DNA of 63,563 bases, filler included, from Thraustochytrium aureum (Eukaryota): NCBI GenBank assembly GCA_012862495.1. It is 6 parts of 2 records of this genome, joined end to end, with 100 filler letters (N's around TTAATTAATTAA, not from the genome) between each part and the next. Parts side by side here need not be neighbours in the genome. Positions count along the whole stretch, not along the records: positions 24,280 to 38,812 come from BLSG01000427.1; positions 38,913 to 49,953 come from BLSG01000427.1; 4 more parts are not named here. One strand, written 5' to 3'. The position numbers were made by a program, and so were the translations under genes. Position 1 is the first letter of the stretch. Each line of letters begins with the position of its first letter. Under the pieces are notes generated by a model that ran no database searches, was not told the DNA's origin, and saw only the letters and a list, made by a program, of their open reading frames with translations. Shown here in pieces: positions 33,716-46,232 of the stretch.

Positions 33716-36700
33716 TTACACAAAAGGCATCCAGCCTTCGTACATGCACGCGAGCCTCTCGCGGCTGCAGGCTTGGGCAACCAGCCGCTCAAAGTGGGGC
33801 CCAACAGCCTCGCTGCTCAAATCGATGGTCCCCTGAAGCCGCTTGAGGAATGCGTCAGCCATCGACTCGCGCTGCCGCTCCCGCGCGTCTCGATCCTGCT
33901 CCTCGTTCCGCCCAAAGTCGCGCACGCTGTGCTTGGTCAAGTTGACCAGCTCGCCGAGCAAGACCCGCATCTCGGCTGCCGCATCCATGAGGTCGTCAAC
34001 GCCGTCAGCTGCCCCCGCGGCATCAGGAAGCCCAGCACGGGCTCGCCCAGCAGCTAGAAACCGCCCACGCGCATCAAGCAACCGCTCTGCGACAGCGTAA
34101 AAGCGCCCGTCCCGGTTAGCGCCGCGCCTGAGGTTGGAGATATTTGCCCAAACGTGGACGTCGTCCATGAACACGCACCGCCGCACTGCACGAACAATCT
34201 CTCCCGCCTCGGCCTTTGCTTCCCGCCCAGCGCGCTGCCACTCGCCGCGGGTTTCTTCCAACGCGGTCTGGTCAGCCGCCGCGCGCCGCGCGTGCACGGC
34301 GCTACTCACAATCGTGGAGGCCAACTGCACGGCTGACACCGCGGCAGCGTGGTACGCTGCAACGCGCTCCTCCAGCAGCTCAACGACAGGGCGGAACCGC
34401 GCATCTAGAGCTCCGCGAGGACGCAGATCGCGGCTTTGCGCCTCTATGCGGGCGACGCCCTCGATGAGGACGAGCACGCGCTTTGCCGCTTTCTCCACAC
34501 TTGCAAACACACGCTTTCTGGCATCANNNNNNNNNNNNNNNNNNNNNNNNNNNNNNNNNNNNNNNNNNNNNNNNNNNNNNNNNNNNNNNNNNNNNNNNNN
34601 NNNNNNNNNNNNNNNNNNNNNNNNNNNNNNNNNNNNNNNNNNNNNNNNNNNNNNNNNNNNNNNNNNNNNNNNNNNNNNNNNNNNNNNNNNNNNNNNNNNN
34701 NNNNNNNNNNNNNNNNNNNNNNNNNNNNNNNNNNNNNNNNNNNNNNNNNNNNNNNNNNNNNNNNNNNNNNNNNNNNNNNNNNNNNNNNNNNNNNNNNNNN
34801 NNNNNNNNNNNNNNNNNNNNNNNNNNNNNNNNNNNNNNNNNNNNNNNNNNNNNNNNNNNNNNNNNNNNNNNNNNNNNNNNNNNNNNNNNNNNNNNNNNNN
34901 NNNNNNNNNNNNNNNNNNNNNNNNNNNNNNNNNNNNNNNNNNNNNNNNNNNNNNNNNNNNNNNNNNNNNNNNNNNNNNNNNNNNNNNNNNNNNNNNNNNN
35001 NNNNNNNNNNNNNNNNNNNNNNNNNNNNNNNNNNNNNNNNNNNNNNNNNNNNNNNNNNNNNNNNNNNNNNNNNNNNNNNNNNNNNNNNNNNNNNNNNNNN
35101 NNNNNNNNNNNNNNNNNNNNNNNNNNNNNNNNNNNNNNNNNNNNNNNNNNNNNNNNNNNNNNNNNNNNNNNNNNNGGCGAGCCGCGCCGCGACGCAACGG
35201 GCCACACGCACGGCATACTCGTCCCCGTTTTTCGGAGCAGAATGGCCAACGCCGTCCTGCTGCGCGCGCTGCCACCGTCGGTATATTGCCAGCAAGGGCA
35301 ACGCCCCCTCCACCCACTGCACGAGGCCGACGCGAGGGCTCAGTGGGACGACCGCAAACGTGCCGAATTGCGCGGGCGGCGGCGCCTCTGCCGCACGACG
35401 GCCGATCATCTCGTTCACAGCCCGACCAAGTTGCATCACCCGTTGATCCACCCGCATGTCTTCTCCTCCTTTGAGCAGAAACCCATACTCGTAGCCGTCC
35501 GTCCCGCGCATCCAGAGCCGCTTCGGGCGAGTCTTGGCACTCAAAACAACGACCTTGTTCTCAAAGCTGGCCACGCCCGTGGCGCTGCCCAGCCGCCCGC
35601 CGCCGGGGAGCGCCAACCTCGCCTCCCGCACCGCCGGTCCGAACAAGGCCGGCGCAAACTCTGCGAGGCCAGACATGGCCTGCTTTGACTTGATCCACCG
35701 CTCCAACTTTGCGTGCTCGGCCTCCAACAAGTCCCAAGCAGCCTCAATGTTGCCCTGTGCGCGCCGCTCTGCCTCGTCAATCACGATGCGAATGCGCTCC
35801 CTGAACGTCTCGGTGCGCTCCACCGCGGCGGATACCGACGGCTGGGCGACGTCTTCGGCGTCGCCTTTCTCCTCATCGCCGTCAGAGTCACCCTCGGCGG
35901 TGTAGTCGCACTCCACGCTACCATCCTCAACGTCCTGCTGTCGCTCGAGTTGATTCGGGCCTGCGCCAGCACCGCGATCGCCGCCTTGCACACTCTCGCT
36001 TTCGTCAGAGGCTCCGACTCCACTGGCGCTTCCAAAGGTCGCGGTGTACAAGTCGTTCAGTGCTGACAACGCAGGCTGCATGATGGCCTCGCAACGCTCG
36101 CGCTTCGCGGCCGAGTCAAAGTCCTCGTTCGCCCAAACAGCACGCACCGCCTCCATCACTTTGGCGCGCTTTTCGATCGTCCGGCCAAGCAGGGCCAGCC
36201 AGCGCTCTTCCACCCAGATAGCACTCCCTACAAGCTCATTGATCACCCGCTCAGCGGCATCGAAGGTGGGCACGGCACCTCGGAGCTCAGCGAAGAGGTC
36301 TGGAAGGGAGGTGCTGCCGCGCCGCAACGAGGTCCCCAGGACGGCATGCTCCGGCTTCGCTCGAACGACGCGCGAAGCCAATCTGTGAACGGCACTGCCC
36401 CGCTCAGCGGCGCTCGCGGCACTCAACAACTGCGGCAGGAGCGGCATCCAGGGCTCCGCTGGAAGGTGGGCAGCGGCGTCGCCTGCCTTGCCCTCGACGG
36501 TCTCCAAGACCTTGAGCAGCTGAAGGCAAGCGACTGTGCGGCGGTCCCGTCTGTCGCCTCCGCTCGCAATGTCGCGCACAAGTGCATCTGCGGCGCGGTG
36601 CCGGAGCGTTGACGCCATGGCCTCGTCTGCAGAGCAAACCCGAGTCGCCTCGTCGAGAGCCCATCTCCAGAGCTTGTCCCAGGGCGCCTTCACTTGGCCC

Positions 36701-38812
36701 TTTGCGCTGGAGCATGCCGCCTCGGCGGCGCGGCAAGCTTGCTCGAGGTGGGCGCCGCGCCGCTCGGGGAGGTCCACCTCCGCGAGCAGAAGAGCCATGT
36801 TGGAGGCAGCTCCCAGATCGAGCGCGTCGCCGGTGGCCATTGCCGACTCGACGAGTCCCTCCAAAAAGTCGGTCTCGGGGGCACCTGCTTTGAGCGCTCC
36901 ACGCGCCGCCTCGCACCGTGCGCGCTCCTCTACTATAAGCGGCGTGTCGACAAGGGCCGAAGAGCGCCCAAGCCAAGCGGTTGCCAAGTCGAGTCGCCCG
37001 CCGCGGCGGGCCGTGCGAGAGCTAGCCACAGCAAGCCGCGACTGCGCGAGGGCGTCGCACTGTTCCACTATGCGCAACGTCTCCAACGTCCGCGGGCTCA
37101 AGCGCTCGAGTTGTTGAACCCGCGTCGTCCTTGGTGCGGCAACGCTGGTTGAAGAGAGGCCCCGAACTACCCACAACGCCGCCTGCGTTTCCACCAAAGG
37201 GGCTTGGCCAGCCCCTGCCAGCAGCGCGCTGGACAAAGCGCGTCCAAGGCGACCCCTGAGACGGAGCAACGCGTCGTCGCTCTGCGAGGCCTCGCGAGAC
37301 TGGCTGGCAACAAAGAGCACCGCGCGCATGTGCGCTTCGCTCACCGGATCAGCCGTACCCTGCTCGCACAGCTGCGCCAGAGAAAGCGCCGACGTTGCAA
37401 CGGCGCCACAGTCCTCGCTTTGCAAGGCCACGTGCGCGCGTGCAAGTGCCACTGTGACACTTGCCTGATTGCGAGCGCATCTGCGAGGTGTCGANNNNNN
37501 NNNNNNNNNNNNNNNNNNNNNNNNNNNNNNNNNNNNNNNNNNNNNNNNNNNNNNNNNNNNNNNNNNNNNNNNNNNNNNNNNNNNNNNNNNNNNNNNNNNN
37601 NNNNNNNNNNNNNNNNNNNNNNNNNNNNNNNNNNNNNNNNNNNNNNNNNNNNNNNNNNNNNNNNNNNNNNNNNNNNNNNNNNNNNNNNNNNNNNNNNNNN
37701 NNNNNNNNNNNNNNNNNNNNNNNNNNNNNNNNNNNNNNNNNNNNNNNNNNNNNNNNNNNNNNNNNNNGCCTCCAAGGCGCCAGAGCAACATGCTTGCAAG
37801 ATCACTGGGCTAACGCCTTGTCCGTTTGCGGAAGCATCGTGGATGGCTCGCATAAACAGAGTGTCTGCAGCTCCCCAGTTCCGCCTCGCCATCTCTGCTC
37901 GCGCCGAGAGGACCAGCGCAACGTTTGCACAACCGTCGCTATCCGACGAAGAGCGTCCAATCCACTGCTGCAGGTCCAAAATAGAATCGGGTTCGCCGCG
38001 GGCAGCCAGAACGGCGCTTGACGCAAGAATGACATCCACGGGCGCCACGCGACCCTCTTTGAGCGCCATGTTGGCGTGCCACAGGGATTCTGCCGACAAC
38101 CCTCGCGCAGTTCTTGCGGTAGCGCGGAGCAAATCGAGCCGAGAGCGTGCAAACCACTCGCTGCAGACCTGATGATTTTTGGCAAAGAATCTCGCAGCCT
38201 TGGCTCGCGCGTCCGCCGCGTCTTCTGCACCATAAGCATCTCGTGCCGCTGAAAAGATGCTCCGCTCCAGCTGGTACACAAATTCGAGGAGAACCGCTTC
38301 CAGGTCGTTGCCCTCTCTACCAGGCGCCTCGCCACCCTGGCGGGCGAGCTTTTCGACAATTGCACTCAGACACGCTAACGTCGCGGACGCAGGGCCGAGT
38401 GCAGAACGCAGCTTTGCCTGAACTAGCTCTTGAGCCAGCCAGCTCGAAAGTACCGCTTGGGCTGCGCGAGCGCTTGTGCTTCCGGAGGCTTCTTGCGCCC
38501 ATCCAAGCAGAGGCGCGCCGCCGTTGCCGCGGTTCTGCATCGCAGCAAAGAAAGCGTCAACGAGTACTCGGCCCGACTCTGGCGGAAACAGCGGCCGCTC
38601 TTGCAGTGCAAAAAGGCGAGGGCCTGGCCGGAGCAGGGTGCCAGAGCGCAACAAGCTGCGCTGGTTTTGTGCAACAACGTCAACCGCCGCGTCGCGCACC
38701 TCCTGCCGCTCGTCGCACAAGAGAGGAAGTGCGGCACCCACGGACCCTAGCGACACAAGTGCGGCGCATCGCAATCGCCAGTCCGGCTCGCGCGGCGACG
38801 CTATGGCGGATA
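33716..38812 (-). CDS. SMG1: SMG1-type PI3K-related kinase (nonsense-mediated decay); 5' partial, two gaps
   Basis: SMG1 N-region AKLRSALG..LLEFVYQLERSIFSA..FFAKNHQVCSEWF. Kinase VLSAKTRPKRL..GTDG.EY.FLLKGGEDMRVDQRVMQL..VVPLSPRVGLVQWVEG..IYRRWQ. FATC end LACMYEGWMPFV-stop. Confidence 0.88.
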
Positions 38813-38912
38813 NNNNNNNNNNNNNNNNNNNNNNNNNNNNNNNNNNNNNNNNNNNNTTAATTAATTAANNNNNNNNNNNNNNNNNNNNNNNNNNNNNNNN
38901 NNNNNNNNNNNN
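38813..38912. other. Artificial scaffold spacer
   Basis: TTAATTAATTAA at 38857-38868 flanked by 44 N on each side. Confidence 0.97.
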
Positions 38913-38983
38913 CCGGTCAGGTGGCTCCTGTGCACTGGCCGCTGGACTGGGTTTGGCTGCGTTCTATCTTGTGTGATGTGCAG

Positions 38984-39049
38984 GAGATGCTCAACATGAA
39001 GGTCCTCGAGTTGCTGGCCTTGCAGGCGGCGCATAGCGAACGTCGGTGA
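38984..39049 (+). CDS. Possible terminal exon of a gene truncated at the scaffold start
   Basis: CAG|GT at 38921 and a TGCAG acceptor ending at 38983, then EMLNMKVLELLALQAAHSERR-stop with coding-like codons. Confidence 0.3.
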   Translation, partial: EMLNMKVLELLALQAAHSERR

Positions 39050-39336
39050 CCCACGTGGGCCTGCTTCCCCAGCGCGCAGCGCGCTTCTGCCGTGGCGTCT
39101 AGCTAGTAGAGCTCGAGAGCTCTACTAGGCTAGTTGAAGGATGGCCGGCACGGCAGCTGCCCACCTGTTGACGTCAGGGCGCCCGAAGCGCGCACGCACG
39201 TCATGATCATCGGGCATGGGATGCATGCGCTGACGGTCGGGCGGCCGGGAGCGAGCAAGCTCAAGCTCGAATAGTAGGTAGAGAGCGCATTGGAAAACAT
39301 GGAATTTGGTGCTTGGCTGCTCAGGCACCAAGTCGC

Positions 39337-42144
39337 TCAACGTGTCTGAGCGCGCTTGGCAGCAAGCCCGGCAAGGGTGACGGGGCTGCGCGCCACCATC
39401 TGCAGAAAGGCTGACTCGGAGATGACCGCGACATTGAGCGCCGCAGCCTTTTGGTACTTGCCGCCGGTCGTGATCGGTCGCGTCTTGTTCCCCCTGTATT
39501 CTTCCAGCACAGAGCCAATGAGCAGAAAGGTCGTTTTGCGGGAAACCGCAGAGCGCACCACGCCCTTGTTGAGCTGGATAAGTTCGGTGGCGTCCTCACG
39601 CGAGAGGGTCTGCATCTTGCCGCTGAGCACAAACGCACTGCCGGCGATACTCCAGCCCGGGTCTGCTGTCTCCACAACAAGCGGCGAACCTCCCGCACAA
39701 GGGACAGAGACCTCGCTGGCCCCCGCCTTTGTGGCTCGGCTGCTCGACTCATGGGGCTCGGCCAGCACTTCCGTATCCTGCGAGGCACTTTGGCTGCACG
39801 CCTCGCCACCCGTGGGGCCAGCGTTGCGCTCAGACGCAGATCCGTAAAGGGCGACAGNNNNNNNNNNNNNNNNNNNNNNNNNNNNNNNNNNNNNNNNNNN
39901 NNNNNNNNNNNNNNNNNNNNNNNNNNNNNNNNNNNNNNNNNNNNNNNNNNNNNNNNNNNNNNNNNNNNNNNNNTGGAAAGTTGAGGACTCGCAGCCCTCT
40001 GAGCGAGGACGCCCGAGAGAGCGCCGTGTATGCCTGGCCGACCTCAAAGCAGCCCTTCAAGTCGACCTCGAGCAAGTCAATGGACATCCCTTGGCTCTTG
40101 TGGATTGTGAGCGCCCAGGCGAGCCGCAGCGGAAACTGCGTTCTCGACGCCACGATCTCCTTGTTCTGTGTCCAGGTATCAGTCTCCAGGCAAACGCCAA
40201 AGACGCGCGAGACGAACTGAACCTCAACCTCGCAGATCTGGTCGTTCCCATTTCGGCGAAAGCCAATCACACGGCCACGCGACCCGTTGACGAGCCCGTC
40301 GGCCACGTTGATGTTTTTGATGAGCATCACCTGGGCGTTGACCTTGAGGCGCAGGTGCTCGGGGAGCCGAGTGTAGCGCTTGAACTTTTCAAGCTTGTCC
40401 CTTTGCCCCGCGTCTATCGCGGAAAAGGCAACCTCGGCCGCTGGCAGCTTGGCAAGTTCGGAGTGGTTGATCTCGTCCACATTGCAGTTCCTCGCAAAAA
40501 GCCGCGTCGGCTTGATACAGTTCGCGTTGGAGAGGTCCGTTGTCCTTGGTCGCCTCAATCAGGGCGCACACCTGCTTGTTGAGCTTGTTGACGCGGACGT
40601 GCTCGAGAAGGCTCACCATGCGCTCGTCCTGCTGCCGGTGCACCTTGGTGAGGAGCACCGTGCGGCGAATGGTGGCCTGCCAGTCGGGGCACTGGAACAC
40701 AAAGCGCTCCGCGTCCTTGACGCGGCCCATGGTGACTGGCGGCAGCTGGCCAAAGTCGCCGCTCAAGATAAGCTGGAGGCCCCCGAATGGCAGCTCGGAG
40801 CGGCGCACGCGCTCAGCGATGTAAGCGAGCTTGCTGAACAGCTCTGGGGACAACATGCTTACTTCATCGATGACCAGCGTGTCCACGCCTTGCCAGCGCA
40901 TTCTGACGGTTTCCCAGCCCTCGATTGCCTCTGCCAGCGCATCTGCCGGCTTCAGCCCGAGCCCGACGCCGGCCCAACTGTGGATCGTAAGGCCGCCGAT
41001 GAGGACGGCCGCCGCCCCGGTCGTGGCCGTGACTGCGACAGTCTTGCCAGCATCTTCCAGCGCGCGTACGATGAAATTGAGCGTCGTCGATTTCCCGGTG
41101 CCCCCGCTGCCTGTGAAGAAAAAGCTGGTGCCCTCGAGAGCGAGCCGGACGGCGTCCTGTTGCCGAATGTCCAGGTCTTCAAAGCTCACAGATCCTCTGG
41201 CCAAAGCTTGCTCGCGAGCGGAAATCGCGGGGCGAGGCTGCGTCCCAGCCGGGGGGGGCGCCTTCGTCTGGCCCTCCGTTTTCACAAGCGTATGCCCCAG
41301 TTGGGGCATGCACGGTGTGAGCGGCGGAGGCGGCGCCAGCGGCGGGTTTTGCTGCGGGGGCAATTGAGGGCGCGGCAGGCTGACTGCGTTGAGCAGGAAT
41401 TTGGCTCACTCCATGATCTAAGGGGACAGTCTCGTTCATCATCGCCTCTCTCATTGCTTTGGCCATTTCACTGAGCTTGCGAAACGCGGCAGCAGAGTTG
41501 CTGCCGAAAGGGCCTGACGCCTCCTCGCCGTCCTGAGATTTGCTAGGCGCAACGTTTTGGGGCGGTTGGGATCCCTCCTTCGAGGCGCCCGTCTCGCACG
41601 CCGGAGTCGGCAAGCATTCCGCGCTTGAGCTTGAGGAGGGCGGGGCTTGACCAGCATGGCTTTCTGCAACTCGGCCAACCTCAACAGCGCTCGCCATGTC
41701 GCCGCTGTGAAATAGCGGAGTCACTGCGTTGCCGGGAGGACCTTGCGCTGCTGTGCGAGGAATGCTTGCAGCGAGTTCAGCTCTTTCGGCGAGCCAAGCT
41801 TTTGCTTCGTCCAGCGTGGCGAACTGCTGCATGTGCGCACCCTCGAATCCGACCACCTGCCTGCATGCGGCTTCGAAGTCCTCAAACACGCCGGTTTCGT
41901 GGCCCCGCGCGACAGCATAGACAGGCTTTTGCGCGGCCGACTCTGCTGCCTCAGTCTTTGCTCCACGGTTGCGAGTGGCCCTGCCGTTCGTCGTGGTGTT
42001 TGCGACTGTGGGAGCGGCAGAGGCGCCCTTCTTTCCTGCGAGTGTCTTTTGAGCAACTCTTTTCTTGCACCCTCGAGGGCCCTGCGATCCATCGGCCTGT
42101 TCGCGTGTCGCGGCGATGCGCTTATTCTTGACGCTCCGCACCAT
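39337..42144 (-). CDS. PIF1: Pif1-family helicase with an N-terminal RNase H1 hybrid-binding-like (Cauli_VI) domain and a C-terminal BRCT domain; apparent frameshifts (~41250-41370, ~40545) and a 116-N gap
   Basis: Helicase: FFTGSGGTGKS, TATTGAAAVLIGGLTIHSWAGVG, VIDEVSML, PFGGLQLILSGDFGQLPPV, LKVNAQVMLIKN..GLVNGSRG, QFPLRLAWALTIHKSQGMS, GQAYTALSRA. HBD-like: VYAVARG..GVF..QVVGFEGA..FATLDEAKAWL. BRCT: GSAFVLSG..LSREDA..GVVRSAVSRKTTFLLIG..KYQKAAALNVAVISESAF. Confidence 0.88.
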
Positions 42145-42517
42145 CTTGGGTCGAGGTGCTGCCCGATCGTCGATCGCAAACCTCGCAAGTCTGTTGGTAT
42201 CCGCGTTGCTCTCAGCGGCACTCCCTTTGGCCTTTGCTGCGGCGATCAAGCGGCGCCGCAAGGGCGGCCTGCCCTGGCCACTGTGGGCAAGCTGCCTGGG
42301 TCGTAGTACCCGGTCGCGTCGCGTCGCAGGTGACTGCCTGCCTGCCTGCTCCTGGCTGTGTGACGACTCGAACGAAGGCGAAATTCAAAAGTATACAGAG
42401 GGGCGCTTACAAGTTGCGGGATGCTTGTCCGGTGGTGGGTTGGGCCCATAAGCATGTCGGACGAGCAGGATGCGCGCGAACCCTTGGAGGGCTCGGCAGG
42501 AACCTTTGACACATGTC

Positions 42518-45500
42518 TCAGCTGCACCCGTCCGCCGCAGAGCCAGCCCGGGATCGCGTCGAGCGGACGAGCTGTCGGATGAGCGGGAGGATCTCGGCGC
42601 GCTCTGACGCCAGGCTCGACTTTCGAGCTTGGATCGCCTCGAGCTCGTCGACTATGGCCCTGGATGTCTGCGGTTGGCACCTGGTTCCTTGGCAGCGCAC
42701 GAAGGTGGTCGCGTATCCTTGCTTTCGTCAATTTGTCCTGAGCCACTTGGCGTTTCAGCGCAGAGTNNNNNNNNNNNNNNNNNNNNNNNNNNNNNNNNNN
42801 NNNNNNNNNNNNNNNNNNNNNNNNNNNNNNNNNNNNNNNNNNNNNNNNNNNNNNNNNNNNNNNNNNNNNNNNNNNNNNNNNNNNNNNNNNNNNNNNNNNN
42901 NNNNNNNNNNNNNNNNNNNNNNNNGCGTTTCAGCGCAGAGTAAGCCAGCAAGCGCGCGCGTATATCGGCCGCGCTCAGCCGATCGGGCGCCTCCTCGGTT
43001 TGGGCCACCGGCGCGCTCCAGCGCGACCAAGAGGCCCCCTGGATTTCGCGGCCGCAGCTGGATTCGTCCGCGCGTTGCTCCTCAGCGGACGTGTGCGGCC
43101 TAGTTGCGCAAGAGGCAGCCAGGCTGCTGAGTCGCTGGGTTGGGGCGCGGACCGTTTCAACGGGTGGTTCGAGCTCGCGCGCTTGACCCGAGCCCCAGCT
43201 CGAAAGCAAAAGGTCGACAGGCTTTCGAGGCGGCGGACGGTGAGCTGCACCAAGCGAATGCACACCCCGCGCGGCAACAACCTCTGGGCCGACGATTCTC
43301 TCGAGCCAGTCAAGCGACATGCTCGCCTGGACCTGAGCGCGCGCTTCATAGCTCCACGGCATGCTGGCCAGGTTCGGCCGGGGTTGGCGGTTCGCGGGCG
43401 GGACGCTCAAGCCGCGTTTAAGCTTGCGCCGAAGTGCAAGGCTGCGCCAATGAAACGCAATCGCGGAGACCCGATTTGCAAGCGACGCGGCCTTGGCGGC
43501 CTCCCGGGCTTGAAGCATGGCAGCGCGAGCTGCGCGCTCGCGCAGGGCGTTGTCGAGCCAAACCCCAGTCGCTGATCGGATGAGGCGGTCTCGGCGCCAC
43601 GTTACGGCCTCCTCCCGCTGCTTTCGCTTGGCAGAGCGGCGCTCCGTGTTAGAGCGCAATTGTTGCCAGCAACTTGCGAGCACAGACTTTGCCCAGTGGG
43701 TCGTAGCTCGTACCACCTTGTCTTTCAGACTTTGCCGCCAGCGGTGGAACTTGAGCCATCGAGACCAGTGGAGTCTGAGGGAAGCAGACCTTGCGTGCAT
43801 GCGAGCCTGCGCGGCCTGGAGAACGCCGGCTCTATGCGAGGACGTCCATTGGGAAATACGGTGCAGCGCCCGCTTGGCCAGCCTCGCTCTGAGATGAACC
43901 TCGGCGCGACGCAGAACAAGAGCAGCCACCTGTTTTTCCTTTGCATTCCTGCTCAGAGATGCGATCGCGCGACGAGCTGCTCTCGCGACAACTGTTGCTT
44001 GATAGAACTGCACGGCTCGAGCATCCCACTCCAGCGTTTGACGGTGAGCCGACTCTGTTTCCGTGCGAAGGGCAGCCAAGCAACGGTGCATCGTCTTGGT
44101 TTGCCAGTGAGCCCTCGCTGTTTTCTGCTTTTCGCGATGCAGCCTACATTCTCGCGCAAACCTTGACATGCGGTGGAGGGTTTTCGTCTGGAGCTTGCGC
44201 CGAGCATGCATCGCAGACGCCTGCGCAACGCGGCGCGCATGCGTCCTGATCCTTGCTCGGTGCTTGAGAATTTGAAATGCCGAGCTCGCCCTCCAGCGAG
44301 CGAGCATGTTGCGCCGCGAAGACGCAAGGTGCCGCCATTGAATTCTGCGAGAGGCGTGCTGAGCGAGGGCGGCAAAGGTCGTGCGCAGTGTTCGACTGGC
44401 CCAGTGCCGCAGGCTCAGAGTGACACGGGCACGCGCTGATGATCGCTCTTCGACCCAGACGCGCCAGGCGTTGAAAATCGAAGCCAACCGCCCCGCTCTC
44501 CGCCGAGCCCTCCACTGAAACACAGCATTGGCTTGCGCCAGCCGCGGCGCAGCGCGGCTCGCCCAGATAGAAAACACGCCTTTGACTAGAACGGTCCAAC
44601 GAAAGTAGTACGCCAATAGCGCGCTGCGTTTTGCGTACGCTGTGCGGTTTGCATTCGACCGCAAGCGCAACAGAGTAGCTTTGAGGCGCCACTTTTCTCG
44701 AAACAGGTCTGNNNNNNNNNNNNNNNNNNNNNNNNNNNNNNNNNNNNNNNNNNNNNNNNNNNNNNNNNNNNNNNNNNNNNNNNNNNNNNNNNNNNNNNNN
44801 NNNNNNNNNNNNNNNNNNNNNGGTTGCTCGCTCGGCGGCAAGTCCTGCAAGGCGGTCCCGGGGGGCCGCGCGCCACGCCGAGAGTGTCGCAACTAGCAGT
44901 CGGTCGTTCGCTAACTGGCAGGCCCGGCGCCACCGTGCGCGCGCAGCCCTGCCGCGCACCGCACAGCCAGCCAAACCCGCAAAGACTCGCAGCTTGAGCC
45001 GACGTTCAAAGTCGGCCACAGCTCGCGTCGACGCTACTGTGGCGGCTCTGTGCCACACGCCTATCGCGAACCGCAAGAGTTCGGCGCTGCGGCGCGCCCG
45101 AGCAGACACCATCATGCGGCGCGCCTTCAGGCGCCTCACGCGAGCAAACCTTGCGCAGAGAACGAGTCCGCGAAAAGTGCACCGCATCAAAACGCGCGCC
45201 CGATGCAGCAGAGCCCGGCGAGTTGCTTCCCGTCTGTGCAGCGCATCATGCCAAGCAACTTGCCAGGCCTTGAACGCCGTCCTTTGCGTCGCTGAGGCCC
45301 AGTGGCGCAGCGCGGCGAGCTCATGGGAGCGTCTCCTGACGCTCACAACCGCCGCGTGCCGCTCGAGCGCCCGCCAAGCGAGGTCAAGCAGCTTGTGCTT
45401 CCAGTGCGACTCGGCAACGACTAGGCTCCGCAGCTCTGAGCCGGCCGCAGCAGCATACTCTTCCTCGCCCACAGCTGCTGCGACCGATGCTGCGACCGAT

Positions 45501-45577
45501 GCTGCTCGTGCGCCACCGCGCTGAGCGTTGAAAGGCCGGCCTCGCAGCAGCCGTGAACGCGAGCCTTGAACGTGCAT
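42518..45577 (-). CDS. Sfi1-like (centrin-binding-type Trp/Arg helical repeat) protein; gaps and frameshifts
   Basis: Many basic helical repeats of the A..(H/F)....L...F..W type (ALRHWASATQRTAFKAW, GRLASIFNAW, ATTHWAKSVLASCWQQL, LRLHWSRW) across ORFs 44144..45670 and 42652..44892. The C-terminus has RPPPRKP and a coiled coil ending at 42518. Confidence 0.65.
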
Positions 45578-45704
45578 TGGCTCGCGCGCCAAGCTCGTCA
45601 CACGCAGGCGTTCGCGACCTGTGCGTGCTGCGCGGTCTCGTGCCCCGTTGTTGGTTTTTTGCCTCGGCAAGTGAGGAAAAAAGTGCCAGGCTGAGGGACG
45701 CGGT

Positions 45705-45807
45705 CGTGGCAGATGTTGCGGCAGCGACCGTGGCAGATGTTGCGGCAGCGGCCGTGGCAGCGGCCGTGGCAGCGGCCGTGACAGCGGGCCGTGGCAGCGG
45801 CCGTGGC
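45705..45807. repeat. 12/24-bp GC-rich tandem repeat (cgtggcagcggc variants)
   Basis: Read directly. Confidence 0.85.
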
Positions 45808-46232
45808 GCTTTTCAATTGGCTTTTAGTAAGACGGACCACTGACTCGGAGCAATTCGGTTGCGCGGTTCGACGACCCACGGCGTGGTGGCAACAACAACA
45901 TCAAGTCACAGAGGTTTTCGAACCATGCGATTCTGATGATGATCCATGGCGCTACTGCGTTCTACGGGAAATATTAGACAGCCTGTGACGGGGCATCTCT
46001 GCGCGCGACGCGCGACGGAGGCCGCGTGCTGAAGAGCCCCCAGACCAGTCCCTTCGGAACCAGACTGACAACCACAAGTCTGAAGATGCATTTGATGATC
46101 TGCTTGGGGCTCGCCCCGATTTCCAACGCCTTTGCTCGCTCGCTCATGAGAATCCAATCACGAGGGAGTTGCTCTGCCTGCTCTCGTCCCCATTTTCGAA
46201 GACCTCGAGTGTCCAGAAGTGGTCCCCAGACG

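Noticed and set aside
39337..42144. Pif1 as part of a Helitron
   Set aside because: No HUH Rep domain is seen, and the helicase motifs and flanking genes look cellular.
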